From: Escherichia coli
GTDB taxonomy: Bacteria; Pseudomonadota; Gammaproteobacteria; Enterobacterales; Enterobacteriaceae
Assembly: GCF_003334405.1 (NCBI RefSeq)
Contig: NZ_QOWM01000012.1
Direction: 5' to 3' (one strand)
DNA: 64,000 nucleotides
The notes below the pieces were generated by a model, which had not been told where the DNA came from, did not search any database, and saw only the letters and a list, made by a program, of their open reading frames with translations. Positions 1 to 10,189 of this stretch are shown here, piece after piece (the first letter of the stretch is position 1; each line of letters opens with the position of its first letter). The position numbers and the translations under genes were made by a program.

Positions 1-121
1 AATCGTGAAACTGGCGCATCAACTGCTGATGCAGTGCCGGAAGGCGTCGCCAGCGTTGCTTGTCGAGGGCTTCATTCATCGCCTCGACCAGTGCGAAAAG
101 TTGCCTGCGTTGTTTTTCCAT
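1..121 (-). CDS. N-terminal part of the gene following lafC in the lafB-lafC operon (candidate LafD/FliT-like export chaperone); runs off the window edge
   Basis: ATG at 121 on the minus strand reads MEKQRRQLFALVEAMNEALDKQRWRRLPALHQQLMRQFHD..., 5 bp after the lafC stop; position matches the lateral flagellar lafA-B-C-D order; assignment by position only. Confidence 0.3.
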   Translation of the reverse strand, partial: MEKQRRQLFALVEAMNEALDKQRWRRLPALHQQLMRQFHD

Positions 122-125
122 CGTC

Positions 126-518
126 TTAACCCAGCTTGCCCGAAAGCCCTTCCCAGCCTTCGCGCAGGTTGCTTAAGATCAGCATCACTTCATCGATTTT
201 CTCTGCCGATAATTCGCCGCTGGCCTCATACAATCGGTAAACGCAGTGGTCATAGAGTCGCGAAAGGTTGACCACCAGCTCACCGCCGGTTTCAAACTCC
301 AGCGAACTGGTAAGCGCATTGAGAATGTCGATGCATTTATTGATGCTCTGGGCTTTCTTCTCGAAACGCCGCCCTTCAATATGGCTTTTGGCGCGTTCCA
401 GCTCGTCCATCAGGCCAGAAAACAGCACCAGCACCAGTTCCAGAGGCGATGCCGCCGCAGTACGCGCCGCGAGATCGATCTCTTTATATTGTGAATAGCC
501 GTCCTGTACTTGGTACAT
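126..518 (-). CDS. lafC: Flagellar export chaperone FliS-like (lateral system)
   Basis: 130-aa ORF, FliS-like size and helical sequence, directly downstream of the FliD-like gene. Confidence 0.8.
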   Translation of the reverse strand: MYQVQDGYSQYKEIDLAARTAAASPLELVLVLFSGLMDELERAKSHIEGRRFEKKAQSINKCIDILNALTSSLEFETGGELVVNLSRLYDHCVYRLYEASGELSAEKIDEVMLILSNLREGWEGLSGKLG

Positions 519-540
519 CTTTAGGGATATTCCTTCTGAG

Positions 541-1857
541 TTACGCGAATGCCGCCATGCTGGCTTTCATGGTGTACACCTCGACCAGCGTGTTGGTGTA
601 CTCCTCGAGATAACGGTCGTAGTTGGCGTTATAGGTATCGGTAAGCTGATCGCCTTCGTCCTGAATTTTGCTCATCTGATCGTCAATGTTCTGCTGGCGC
701 AGGGTGATGATGCCGTTGCTGGAGTCCGTGTAGGTGTTAATCAGGTCGTCCATCTGCGCCACCATGCTGTTGTCGCCAACGAAAATAGAGGTCAGACCGT
801 CAGGATTTTTCGCCATTTCGTCGTTGAACTGGTCGGAGTCAATCTGTAAGTGGCCGTGAGAATCAAGCGTGATGCCATAGTCAACAATCGACACGCCGTT
901 GTAGTTGGCATGGGCGATGTCATCGAGCTGGTTCGCCAGTGAATTGAGTCCGGCGTCGCCTGCAAATACCCCGGCGCTGGTACTGTCATCACCATGAGTA
1001 GTCAGTGAATCAACCGTATCAATCAAGGTGTTATAGGCATCGACAAAGGTCTGTACTTTCTCCTGACTGGCGCTGGAATCTTCGCTGATGTTAAAGGTAG
1101 TGAGATCGCTGTCAGAATCGCTGACTTCGGTGAAAGTCATGGTGACGCCGGGGATCACATCATCAAATGTATTGCTGCTGTTGGTGATCTCAGGCCCTGT
1201 GGCGCTACCGAGATGAATAATCGCGTCCTGAGCGGAGGAAACATCCGTGGCAACGGGCGCGCTGGCGCTATCGTTGCTGGCATCATGCCCCGTTACGCTC
1301 ACCGAAAACGCGCTCTGCGCCCCGGTGCTATCCGAGGTGAGCATAATCGTGGTGGTGCCGTCGGTTTTTACCAGCGCAGCCGACACGCCCGGATTGTCAT
1401 CGGAGTCGTTAATCGCATTCACCAGTTCACTGGCGTCGATAAAACCGTCGCCGTCACCGTTCTGATCCGCCGCCGCCAGATCAATATCCATGGTGCTGTC
1501 GCCCATGGTCATTTCGAACGTCCCCGTCGCAGAAAAGGTGTCATCACCCATACTGAACGTGGTCTGCTGCCCCTGCGCCAGTTGTTCAACGAAAAACGAG
1601 TAGCTTCCCGCCTGCGCCTGCGAGTTAGCGGAAACGGTCGCCGAGTCATTATTGCTGGTGGCAGCGAAGGTCACCGGGCCGTCGGTATCGCTGTTTAGCG
1701 CATCCACGGCGCTCTGGAAATCGCTCAACGCCGAGCTGAGCGAGTCCAGGCCGCTGCTTTCGGCATCCAGCTCCGTTTGCTTCTCCTGCAAGTTTGCCGC
1801 CTGAGTGGCGACATCTGCATAAGCGATTTCTTGCGCAATGGTTCTTGGGTTGATCAT
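541..1857 (-). CDS. lafB: Flagellar filament cap / hook-associated protein 2 (FliD-like)
   Basis: 438-aa ORF with FliD-like conserved N and C termini and a Ser/Thr/Asp-rich centre; sits between flagellin and the FliS-like gene. Confidence 0.8.
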   Translation of the reverse strand: MINPRTIAQEIAYADVATQAANLQEKQTELDAESSGLDSLSSALSDFQSAVDALNSDTDGPVTFAATSNNDSATVSANSQAQAGSYSFFVEQLAQGQQTTFSMGDDTFSATGTFEMTMGDSTMDIDLAAADQNGDGDGFIDASELVNAINDSDDNPGVSAALVKTDGTTTIMLTSDSTGAQSAFSVSVTGHDASNDSASAPVATDVSSAQDAIIHLGSATGPEITNSSNTFDDVIPGVTMTFTEVSDSDSDLTTFNISEDSSASQEKVQTFVDAYNTLIDTVDSLTTHGDDSTSAGVFAGDAGLNSLANQLDDIAHANYNGVSIVDYGITLDSHGHLQIDSDQFNDEMAKNPDGLTSIFVGDNSMVAQMDDLINTYTDSSNGIITLRQQNIDDQMSKIQDEGDQLTDTYNANYDRYLEEYTNTLVEVYTMKASMAAFA

Positions 1858-1888
1858 TGATGACTCCGGATAACGATGTCAGGTTATT

Positions 1889-1904
1889 GGCAAAAGGCGT
1901 GCCA
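1889..1904 (-). promoter_or_regulatory. sigma54 (-24/-12) promoter upstream of lafB
   Basis: Minus strand reads TGGCACG-cctt-TTGCC (plus-strand ttggcaaaaggcgtgccaa), matching the TGGCACG-N4-TTGCW consensus, about 30 bp upstream of the lafB ATG. Confidence 0.6.
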
Positions 1905-2040
1905 ATAATTTTTATGTGAATAATCAATAGATTGAAAAATGGGCGGAAAGGCCATTTCCGGTCTGGTGGAAATACGCCTGCCGCAGAAAGAACAACACCG
2001 CCCGCAGGCGGTGTTGAGACTGATGACAAACGCAACACTG

Positions 2041-2140
2041 CCTGATGCGCTGCGCTTATCAGGCCTACAAGGTTTCTGCAATATATTGAATTTGCAATAT
2101 TTTGTAGGCCGGATAAGGCGTTCACGCCGCATCCGGCAAG
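2041..2140. repeat. REP/BIME element pair between lafB and lafA
   Basis: cctgatgcgctgcgcttatcaggcctac ... gtaggccggataaggcgttcacgccgcatccggca, the palindromic REP consensus. Confidence 0.8.
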
Positions 2141-2147
2141 TCCGCCA

Positions 2148-3062
2148 TTACTGCAGCAGGCTGGAAACCATGCTGGACATGCTGTTGGACTGTTTCAGCA
2201 TGGTGATGCCGGTCTGCATCAGCACCTGCTGTTTGGTCATATTGGACGCTTCCGTAGCGTAGTCGGTATCCATGATGTTACCGATAGCAACTTCGGTGTT
2301 GTCCTGCATACTGGTCAGGTTATTAGCCGTGTCGTTCAGACGGTTGATAGACGCACCCAGCTTGGACTGGATCTGCGAAACATCATCCATCGCGGTAGAA
2401 ATGCTGGTGATCATCTGGTTAGCCGAGCCAGACGCAGTCAGTTCAGTACCGCCAGAAACGCCTGCGGTGCCTGTGGTGTCTGCCTGATCCGCACTGAAGG
2501 AGTTGCTGATAGCAGAAAGGTCAGTCACCAGCGTGTTCAGTTGGCTAGAGATGTTCACGGTCATGGTGTCGGAAGATTCCGCGCCCACCTGGAAAGTTAC
2601 CGCGCTCTGGAACAGGCCGTCAGTACCGGTGTTGCTGGTGCCGGAAACACCGAACAGGTTGGTGCCGCCGTAGGTGGTGTTTTGCAGCATGTCAGACATC
2701 TGCTGGCCCAGTTCGTCGTATTCGTCCTGCATCGCCTGCAGATCGTCGTCGCTGTAGGTGCCGTTCGCTGCCTGAGTTGACAGGTCTTTCATACGACCCA
2801 GCACGTCAGACATTTCGTCGAACATGCTGTCGGCGGTTTGCAGCATCGCGGTGGCATCATTGATGTTGCTCAGCGCAACATCCATACCGCTGGACTGTGC
2901 TGTCAGACGGTTAGCAATTTGTTTGCCTGCGGCGTCATCGGCAGAAGAGTTAATCCGGTTACCTGTCGCCAGGCGTTCCATAGATGTAGACAGAGAAGAG
3001 CTGCTTTTGCTGATTGCATTAACGGCGGCCATTGAGGCGTTATTGGTGTTAATAGATAACAT
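2148..3062 (-). CDS. lafA: Lateral-type flagellin (short flagellin without large D2/D3 domains)
   Basis: Starts MLSINTNNASMAAVN... at ATG 3062 behind an AAGGAG RBS; conserved flagellin N and C termini (..QVLMQTGITMLKQSNSMSSMVSSLLQ); the track ORF start at 3128 is an upstream in-frame extension. Confidence 0.9.
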   Translation of the reverse strand: MLSINTNNASMAAVNAISKSSSSLSTSMERLATGNRINSSADDAAGKQIANRLTAQSSGMDVALSNINDATAMLQTADSMFDEMSDVLGRMKDLSTQAANGTYSDDDLQAMQDEYDELGQQMSDMLQNTTYGGTNLFGVSGTSNTGTDGLFQSAVTFQVGAESSDTMTVNISSQLNTLVTDLSAISNSFSADQADTTGTAGVSGGTELTASGSANQMITSISTAMDDVSQIQSKLGASINRLNDTANNLTSMQDNTEVAIGNIMDTDYATEASNMTKQQVLMQTGITMLKQSNSMSSMVSSLLQ

Positions 3063-3107
3063 GATACTGCTCCTTGGGATTAATCGTTTTCGTTTCGATA
3101 CCCTGTA

Positions 3108-3133
3108 AAAACGACACCTCGGGAGCAAACTTA
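3108..3133 (-). promoter_or_regulatory. Candidate sigma28-like (class III) promoter for lafA
   Basis: Minus strand TAAGTTT-N11-GTCGTTTT versus the FliA consensus TAAAGTTT-N11-GCCGATAA: good -35, partial -10 (4/8). Confidence 0.3.
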
Positions 3134-3496
3134 AAACCGCCGTTAAAAAAATTTCACTGCGGTTTATCTGATGCCACTTTTAGCTAAAAAAAGCAGAGTT
3201 TAAATTCAGATAAAAAGATTATTAGCAATATCTGCCACATGGCCAGGTATCAAAATATGTCTTTATCAAACGCTTGATATAGTTAAGATTACCATCAATT
3301 AACGCGTTTTCTTCTCAATGTACTGATGCCAAAATTTACATTGCGTTGCAAATAGTACACATTTGGCTATTGTACCTGTCCTGTCATTTCGTTACATTTC
3401 CACGCCATATAGTGATTAAGAATAATCCTATTACCATAAAATATTAATTATCACGCAGAAAAATCATCTTCTCAGGGACGTATAAGACTGTGCTTT

Positions 3497-4390
3497 ATGC
3501 AAAGCACTATCAGGAAACATTTATCCCTTGCTAAGGTAAACTCAACTATGAGTATTATTATCAACAACTGGCGGATGGACCCGTCGCTTAATGCCTTAAT
3601 ACATTGCGAAACGGGTGAAACACGTCGTCTCGGCGAATACCATTTTATTTTGCTGGAAACATTAGCAAAAAATGCCGATGTGGTTTTATCGCGATCTTAT
3701 TTATGTGCCGAAGTATGGAAGAACCGCATTGTCGGCGGTAACAGCCTGCCGACGGCGATACATGCATTACGCGTTGCTATCGACGATGATGGCAAACAAC
3801 AGAACATTATTAAAACCATCCCGAAAAAAGGTTACCTGTGCAATAAAGAGTATGTGTCTTTGCCGGAGTCATCGCCTGCGGAAGCGCTGATTATTACCAA
3901 CCAGGTACAGGAAACTGTGCCAGGAGAGATATCTTCGACAACCCTGCCTGTGCCTGTTAGAAAAAAACATAAAGGACTGATGGGGTTAGCGTTGACCGCG
4001 GCTGTTATATTTATTGGCTCGACCGTGGGGTATTCACACTTGAAAAGTACACCTGACGCCCCGCAACTGGTAAAAGAGTCAATTAACAGCCCAAGAATAA
4101 AAATATTTCACCTTAGTTCTGGAAAAGAAAATAATTCCGCACCGTTACTGTCACAAACCCTCGCACCAGGAAAAGACAAACTCGATAATTTATTGTCAGC
4201 GCATAATATGACAATGACAACCTATTATAAATATGTTCGTAACCGACTGGAGAGTGATATTGTTCTGCGCAACCAGTGCAACGGTAGCTGGCAATTAACC
4301 TTTAATGTGGATGAGTGGCAGAATAGCGATATTAATAGCGCGATGTATCAGAATTTAGAGAAGTTGTTAAATACTGTGCAGAAGTGCTGA
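3497..4390 (+). CDS. lafZ: ToxR/CadC-like membrane-anchored transcriptional regulator (OmpR-type winged helix, one TM segment, periplasmic domain)
   Basis: N-terminal region resembles an OmpR/PhoB-type DNA-binding domain (..TIPKKGY); hydrophobic segment GLMGLALTAAVIFIGSTVGY; divergent from lafA; the true start may be the internal Met at 3548. Confidence 0.55.
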   Translation: MQSTIRKHLSLAKVNSTMSIIINNWRMDPSLNALIHCETGETRRLGEYHFILLETLAKNADVVLSRSYLCAEVWKNRIVGGNSLPTAIHALRVAIDDDGKQQNIIKTIPKKGYLCNKEYVSLPESSPAEALIITNQVQETVPGEISSTTLPVPVRKKHKGLMGLALTAAVIFIGSTVGYSHLKSTPDAPQLVKESINSPRIKIFHLSSGKENNSAPLLSQTLAPGKDKLDNLLSAHNMTMTTYYKYVRNRLESDIVLRNQCNGSWQLTFNVDEWQNSDINSAMYQNLEKLLNTVQKC

Positions 4391-4448
4391 TGAGTGCCAA
4401 TATATGCCGGATGCGACGCTAAACGCGTCTTATCCGGCCTACCGATAA

Positions 4449-5426
4449 TTATCCCAATAAACTCCTCACCGTCTGGCTGGAAATTCGCGCCTGACCATTC
4501 ACCGCCTGCAATAACACCTGATAGTTATGATTCGCGCTATCCAACACGCCGCCGAGATTTTCCGACGCCTGCACGGCGTTTTCCGTTTGCGGGAAGCGGG
4601 ACATGCCGTCGATCAACTGGCGGGCTTTTTCCTGCTGCACCGCCATTTGCGCGCGCTGCTGATTAATGTTTTCTAACATCTGGGAAATCCCTGCCCCGCC
4701 CTGTTGCAGGCTTTGCGCTAAACGCTCGGCCTGCGACGGTTCGGCAAAGGTTTTTAGCGGCATAAACGCCGACTTATCACCATCGGTGCGCACGCTTAAG
4801 GTGCTTTCAATGTTGGGCCACTGCTTTTCGGTGGTGGAGAAGCTGATGCCGTCCGCTTGCTGATGCAGTTGCACACCCACGCGGCGCAGGGCGTTGGTCA
4901 GCCGCGTCTGATACTGCGCGGCGCTGTCATCCTCAGACAGCATCACCGCCGAAAGCTGAGTCTGCCGCCCGTCAGAGACGCTGAACATGCGCGTTCCCGG
5001 CGTGGGGTTGTGTACGAGATTCGCCAGATCCGGCGAGTGAAAAGTCACCCGCGCCTCGCCCTGCAACACTGGCTGCAACTGGCGGTCTACCGCACCGCCG
5101 GAAAGCGCGGTGCGTTTGTCCAGCATCTGCATCAGCGCCGTACTCTGCGCCTGCCCGCCCTTACGCTGGCTGTGACGATAATCGAGCAACTGCTGCTCCA
5201 GTTGCCCGAGGTAGTGATCCGCCTGCTGCAACGTGGTGAGCTGGTCGTTAAGCTGCACGCTGTAACGCTGCGGGCGAGTGGTAATCAGCGGCGAGGCCGG
5301 ATATTCACTCGCCGTCGCCGGGAGTTTTTGCCGCACCGCCTGAGTGGGCGCAACGGTTGACGACGATACCGCAGCGCTATGCGCGCTGCCGGTGGCGAGT
5401 GACGAAGAAGTAAGTCCGACCTGCAT
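4449..5426 (-). CDS. lafW: Flag-2 protein of uncertain function (LafW-like, possible hook-associated/axial protein)
   Basis: 325-aa ORF directly downstream of lfgL; Gln/Ser-rich with a flagellar axial-protein-like C terminus; naming by position in the cluster. Confidence 0.45.
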   Translation of the reverse strand: MQVGLTSSSLATGSAHSAAVSSSTVAPTQAVRQKLPATASEYPASPLITTRPQRYSVQLNDQLTTLQQADHYLGQLEQQLLDYRHSQRKGGQAQSTALMQMLDKRTALSGGAVDRQLQPVLQGEARVTFHSPDLANLVHNPTPGTRMFSVSDGRQTQLSAVMLSEDDSAAQYQTRLTNALRRVGVQLHQQADGISFSTTEKQWPNIESTLSVRTDGDKSAFMPLKTFAEPSQAERLAQSLQQGGAGISQMLENINQQRAQMAVQQEKARQLIDGMSRFPQTENAVQASENLGGVLDSANHNYQVLLQAVNGQARISSQTVRSLLG

Positions 5427-5442
5427 ACGGTTCCTGAAAGAG

Positions 5443-6372
5443 TTAGAGAACGCTGAACAAATTCAACTCACTCACTTTCGAGTAAGTCTTGAGAGTAGCT
5501 TCCATTGCCACTTCCAGTCCGGTAAAGGTGATCGACGCCGGGCCGTAATCGAGATCCTGTAAAGAACCAATCAACTCATCATTAGAGGTAGAAATATCGG
5601 TCTGCGCATCGCTCAGCATCGACATGGTGTTCTGCGTCTCGCCAAGCGACGCAATTGAGGCGTTGAGATCGTCCGAAGCGGTATCCACCACATCAACGGC
5701 GTTCTGAATATCGCTCTGCACCTGCGGATCTGCCGGGTCAACGTTGGGGGCTTGCAACTCCTGAGAGAGCGAATTGAGCGTGTTGAGCACATCTAAATTG
5801 CTACCGAAGAAATCGCTCGCCGCCACGTTGGTATCCACTTCCACGCCGTTCGAAACGGTGGTCTGGCGGTGGTCGCTGTTGCCCTGATAGCTGTAGCTAT
5901 CGGTCACGCCGTCGCCGTCATCGTCCACCGCCACAATCGGCGGCTGATCGTTGATAGTGCCGCCAAACACGTAGTGCCCGTCTTCGTCCTGATAGTTCAG
6001 CGCCGCGACCATTGATTCGGTGAGCGACTCAATATCCTGCCCGAGACTTGCGAGCGAATCGGCGGTATTGGTGCCGTTCGCTGCTTCCAGCAGGTCGTCA
6101 CGCACCGCCAGCAGGCTGTTGTTGACGCCATCGAGAATTGATTCCTGCTGGCTTAACCCCGCCGACGCGGAGTCGATATTGCTCTGATACTGCTCAATCG
6201 CCGACTGCTGGCGGTTTAACTGGGTAATGCGCGTGGCGGCGATCGGGTCATCGGACGGCTGCAAAATCTGCTTGCCGGTTGCCATCTGCTCGACCACATG
6301 CGCCAGATCGCCGGAGAGATCATTAAAACTTTGCGTCATCGAGACGTAGGTTTGTTGGGTGGTTACTCGCAT
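5443..6372 (-). CDS. lfgL: Flagellar hook-associated protein 3 (FlgL-like)
   Basis: FlgL/flagellin-like N terminus (MRVTTQQTYVSMTQSFNDL...) and position after the FlgK-like gene; the track ORF start at 6396 is an in-frame extension. Confidence 0.8.
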   Translation of the reverse strand: MRVTTQQTYVSMTQSFNDLSGDLAHVVEQMATGKQILQPSDDPIAATRITQLNRQQSAIEQYQSNIDSASAGLSQQESILDGVNNSLLAVRDDLLEAANGTNTADSLASLGQDIESLTESMVAALNYQDEDGHYVFGGTINDQPPIVAVDDDGDGVTDSYSYQGNSDHRQTTVSNGVEVDTNVAASDFFGSNLDVLNTLNSLSQELQAPNVDPADPQVQSDIQNAVDVVDTASDDLNASIASLGETQNTMSMLSDAQTDISTSNDELIGSLQDLDYGPASITFTGLEVAMEATLKTYSKVSELNLFSVL

Positions 6373-6386
6373 TTTCGCGCTCCCGC

Positions 6387-7763
6387 TTAGCTGCACATTT
6401 CCAGCACCGAATCGAAAATCTCGGCCCCGGCGGAAATGACTTTCAGATTGGCTTCATAAATTTGTTGATAGGTGATCAGGTTAACCGCCTCTTCGTCCAT
6501 GCTGACGCCGCTGACGCTGCTCTGCTGGTTTTGCGCTGCGGAATAGACATTGGACGCGGCATCGACTTCCGTCTGGTTTTGCTGGCTGTAAATGCCGATA
6601 TTGCTGATGATTGACGAGCACGCCTGCCCGACCGTCACACTGCCAAGATTGGCAATTTCCAGCGGTTCGGTGGAGATGTTGATCAGCGCCTGCAGGTTGT
6701 CGCTGTTACCGCTTTCGTCCGGCGAACTGGAAAACGCCAGCTCATCGGCGGTGATATCCGGGTTAACGGTCAGTGGGCCATCGGCATTGCTGGCGTCATA
6801 AATAAACAGCGGCTCGCCGGGGTTACCGTTGAGATCGTAGCCCTGCGCCAGCTGGTTGTTGACCGCATCGGCAAACTGCGAGGCCATGCTGTTGATGGTG
6901 TCGGTCAACGGCGTCAGCACATCGTTTTGATAATCAAACAGTGCGCCTAATGAACCTCCAGTGTCGGTGGTCATCGTCGAGGTGGTGCCAGCGAAGGTCA
7001 GCGACATGGTCGGCGTGCCGTCGGCGTTGGTTTCCAGCGCGATGGTCGAGCTTTGTTGCCCGCTCACCAGCGGCTGACCGTTTTTCAGGGTGACGTTGTA
7101 GTTGCCCTGGTCGTCGATATTGACCTGCACTTCCATCATCCCGCTCAGTTCTTCCACCATCTGATCGCGGGCGTCGTACAGCGCAGAGGCGTTATCACCG
7201 TTGGCTTCGGCCTGAGCAATTTGCTGGTTATAGCTGGCGATACCGCTGGTGAGCGTGTTGATTTGCGACACCATCGCCTGCTGCTGGCTGATGATTTCCG
7301 TGCTTTGCGAGTCGACGTAATCGAGCGTGTTATCAATACGCAACGACAGCGCCCCGGCTTCGCTGATCACCTGCTCGCGCAGGGCGGAATCATCGGGGCT
7401 GGTGGTCGCTTCGTTAAGGGCGGCGAAGAAGTTATCGAAGCCGCCGCTCAGGCTGCTGTTATCGTCGCTTAGTACCGCTTCCAGTTGGCTGAGATACCCC
7501 TGCTGGGTGCTGTAATAGCCGTAATCGCTGGCGGCATACCACACCTGATTCACCTGATACTGGTTGGAGACGCGGCGAATGCTGTCCACCTGTACGCCGT
7601 TACCGGCGCTGTTCGGCGAACCGCCGCTGGCACCGATGGTGCTGATCTCCGCCACCTGGCGAGTGTAGCCAGTGATCATGGCGTTAGCGGTGTTTTGCGC
7701 CGTGACGTTCAGCTCCACCTGCGCGGTTGATGCGCCGCTGTAGCCGATGTTAATCATGTCCAT
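6387..7763 (-). CDS. lfgK: Flagellar hook-associated protein 1 (FlgK-like)
   Basis: 458-aa ORF with FlgK-like N terminus (MDMINIGYSGASTAQVELNVTAQNTANA) and C terminus. Confidence 0.85.
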   Translation of the reverse strand: MDMINIGYSGASTAQVELNVTAQNTANAMITGYTRQVAEISTIGASGGSPNSAGNGVQVDSIRRVSNQYQVNQVWYAASDYGYYSTQQGYLSQLEAVLSDDNSSLSGGFDNFFAALNEATTSPDDSALREQVISEAGALSLRIDNTLDYVDSQSTEIISQQQAMVSQINTLTSGIASYNQQIAQAEANGDNASALYDARDQMVEELSGMMEVQVNIDDQGNYNVTLKNGQPLVSGQQSSTIALETNADGTPTMSLTFAGTTSTMTTDTGGSLGALFDYQNDVLTPLTDTINSMASQFADAVNNQLAQGYDLNGNPGEPLFIYDASNADGPLTVNPDITADELAFSSSPDESGNSDNLQALINISTEPLEIANLGSVTVGQACSSIISNIGIYSQQNQTEVDAASNVYSAAQNQQSSVSGVSMDEEAVNLITYQQIYEANLKVISAGAEIFDSVLEMCS

Positions 7764-7834
7764 GTTGGATCCTTACCGGTAAATCGTGCCGGTTAAAAGC
7801 GGCGTGAAGATGGGGATTCTTAAATTCCGTAAAC

Positions 7835-8060
<226 letters not shown>

Positions 8061-8066
8061 GGAGCC

Positions 8067-8366
8067 TCACCTATGCTTCGGCGACAACTGCTTCACAATC
8101 ATCGCCGCAATCCCAATCCCGTGCTGCTGCGCCAGGGTGTTACACAACTCATCGTCATAAAATCCCTGCATCATGCGCACCGAATCGCTGTTAAATGGGT
8201 TATCTTTCGAATCAAACAACTCGTTGGTTTTACGCATCTCTTTCAGCATGTTGCGTAAAAAAATCGCCTCAAACTGTTCGGCGGCCTGCCTGATATCATT
8301 GGCCTGAACCTTCGGCCCCATTAACGCATCGCTGCCGTCAATCCCGCCGCTGCCGTTAACTTTCAT
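8067..8366 (-). CDS. lfgJ: FlgJ-like rod-assembly protein, rod-binding domain only (no muramidase domain)
   Basis: 99-aa ORF resembling the FlgJ N-terminal rod-binding domain (..AAEQFEAIFLRNMLKEMRKT..); stop overlaps the lfgI start. Confidence 0.7.
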   Translation of the reverse strand: MKVNGSGGIDGSDALMGPKVQANDIRQAAEQFEAIFLRNMLKEMRKTNELFDSKDNPFNSDSVRMMQGFYDDELCNTLAQQHGIGIAAMIVKQLSPKHR

Positions 8367-9481
8367 CAGATCACCTCCAGGTCGGCATCCAGCGCGCCCG
8401 CTTCATGCAGCGCCTGCAAAATTGACATAATGTCATCCGGCGTCGCACCTAAACTGTTCAACGCATTGACCAGCGTTTTCAGGCTGCTCGACTCCGGCAA
8501 ACTCACCACGCCCGGACGGGCATGATTCACCGCGATATTGCTCTGCGGCGTTACCGCTGTGCGCCCGCCCGCAAAGGCATTCGGCTGGCTGACGTTGCTG
8601 GTTTCGTTAATCGAAACGGTCAAACTGCCGTGCGACACCGCCGCCGCGTGCAGCGCAACGCCATCGCCCATCACCACCGTGCCGGTACGCGAGTTAAACA
8701 CCACGCGAGCGCGGATTTTCTCTGCCTGCACCTGCACATCGTCCAGTTGCGACATAAACGCCACCCGCGCACCGGGGCTGGTAGGCGCACGCACGGTAAC
8801 GTTGGTGGAACTCTGTGCGGTGGCAATGCCACCAAACGAGGCGTTAATCGCCGCCGCAATGTTGTTAGCGTCTTTAAACGACGGACGTTTCAGGTTGAGG
8901 GTGATAGTGTCGCCCATCTGAAAATCGCTGGGGATCTCGCGCTCCACCGTTGCGCCGTTAGGAATTAACCCGGCGGTTGGAGTATTAACCGTTACGCTGG
9001 AGCCACTAGCCCCGGTGGCGTTCATCCCGCCGACCACCACGCTGCCCTGCGCCAGGGCATACACTTCACCATCTGCGCCGTGCAACTGCGTCAACAGCAA
9101 GGTGCCGCCGCGAATACTTTTCGCATCGCCAATCGACGAGACGGTGACATCAATGGTCTGCCCGCGCGAGTACATCGGCGGCAACGTGGCGCTCACCGCC
9201 ACTGCGGCGACGTTTTTCACCTTCGGGTCGATTTTATTCGGCAACTGCACGCCAAACTGGCGCAGCATATTGGTGATGGTCTGGTTGGTGAATTTGACCT
9301 GGTTTTTATCACCGGTACCGTCGAGGCCGACCACCAGGCTGTAGCCGACCAGTTGGTTTTCACGCACGCCCTGTACGTTAACCAGTGACTCCAGCGATTG
9401 CGCCAGCACCACGCCGGGTAGCGCCAGGCTTACGGCTACGACCACTGTTTTTATCCAGTTTTGCATTGCACTCTCCGGCAT
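8366..9481 (-). CDS. lfgI: Flagellar P-ring protein (FlgI-like)
   Basis: 371-aa ORF with signal peptide and FlgI-like sequence throughout. Confidence 0.9.
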   Translation of the reverse strand: MPESAMQNWIKTVVVAVSLALPGVVLAQSLESLVNVQGVRENQLVGYSLVVGLDGTGDKNQVKFTNQTITNMLRQFGVQLPNKIDPKVKNVAAVAVSATLPPMYSRGQTIDVTVSSIGDAKSIRGGTLLLTQLHGADGEVYALAQGSVVVGGMNATGASGSSVTVNTPTAGLIPNGATVEREIPSDFQMGDTITLNLKRPSFKDANNIAAAINASFGGIATAQSSTNVTVRAPTSPGARVAFMSQLDDVQVQAEKIRARVVFNSRTGTVVMGDGVALHAAAVSHGSLTVSINETSNVSQPNAFAGGRTAVTPQSNIAVNHARPGVVSLPESSSLKTLVNALNSLGATPDDIMSILQALHEAGALDADLEVI

Positions 9482-10146
9482 TAAATCGGGAACAGAGGAT
9501 GGTTAAACAACCGCGTCAGCCAGCCTGCGGCATTGGCGTCGCTTAACGCGCCACGTCCGGCATAGGAGATACGGGCGTCGGCGATCCGCTGGGAGGAAAC
9601 CGAGTTGTCGTTCTGGATGTCGTCGGCGCGCACCAGGCCGCTTAAGCGGATGTACTCATCGCCCTGGTTGAGGGTGAGCCATTTCTCGCCGCGAATTTCC
9701 AGGATGCCGTTGGGCTGCACCGCATGGACGGAAACGGTGATCTCCCCGCGCAGGCTGTTCTGCTGCTGGGAAGTGGCGCTGCCGTCAAAGTCGCGGTTGG
9801 CGTCGATAGAGCCGGAAAGCTTATCTTTAGTGTGACCAAAAATGGTCGGTGCGCCGATATCGACGGTGTTGCTTTTGCCGAAGTTGGTTTTCGCCTGTTT
9901 GCTCGACTGGGTGGATTCTTCGAGGATCACCGTCAGGATATCGCCCACGCGATAAGCCCGCCGATCGGCGGTCAGCGACCAGTTGTAGCCAGTTTCAAAT
10001 ACACCGCCAGCACGCCCGTCTGCCGGAGGCGGTGCTTCGGTTTTCGGTGGCGCAAAGTATGCGTCGTCTTTTTTGACCAGAATGGCCTGCGATTCACACC
10101 CGCTAAGCAGGGGAAGCAGTGCCACCAGCCAGAGATAATTTTTCAC
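9481..10146 (-). CDS. lfgH: Flagellar L-ring lipoprotein (FlgH-like)
   Basis: 221-aa ORF with lipoprotein signal (LLSGC) and FlgH-like sequence. Confidence 0.9.
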   Translation of the reverse strand: MKNYLWLVALLPLLSGCESQAILVKKDDAYFAPPKTEAPPPADGRAGGVFETGYNWSLTADRRAYRVGDILTVILEESTQSSKQAKTNFGKSNTVDIGAPTIFGHTKDKLSGSIDANRDFDGSATSQQQNSLRGEITVSVHAVQPNGILEIRGEKWLTLNQGDEYIRLSGLVRADDIQNDNSVSSQRIADARISYAGRGALSDANAAGWLTRLFNHPLFPI

Positions 10147-10189
10147 GTTCTGCCTGTTTTAAATACAGTGAGTTATGTGCTCTTGTAGG

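Noticed and set aside
7764-7800. Possible sigma54 promoter upstream of lfgK (minus strand GGCACG-attt-ACCG)
   Set aside because: The -24 half matches but the -12 element lacks the conserved TTGC; lfgK is more likely co-transcribed from upstream.
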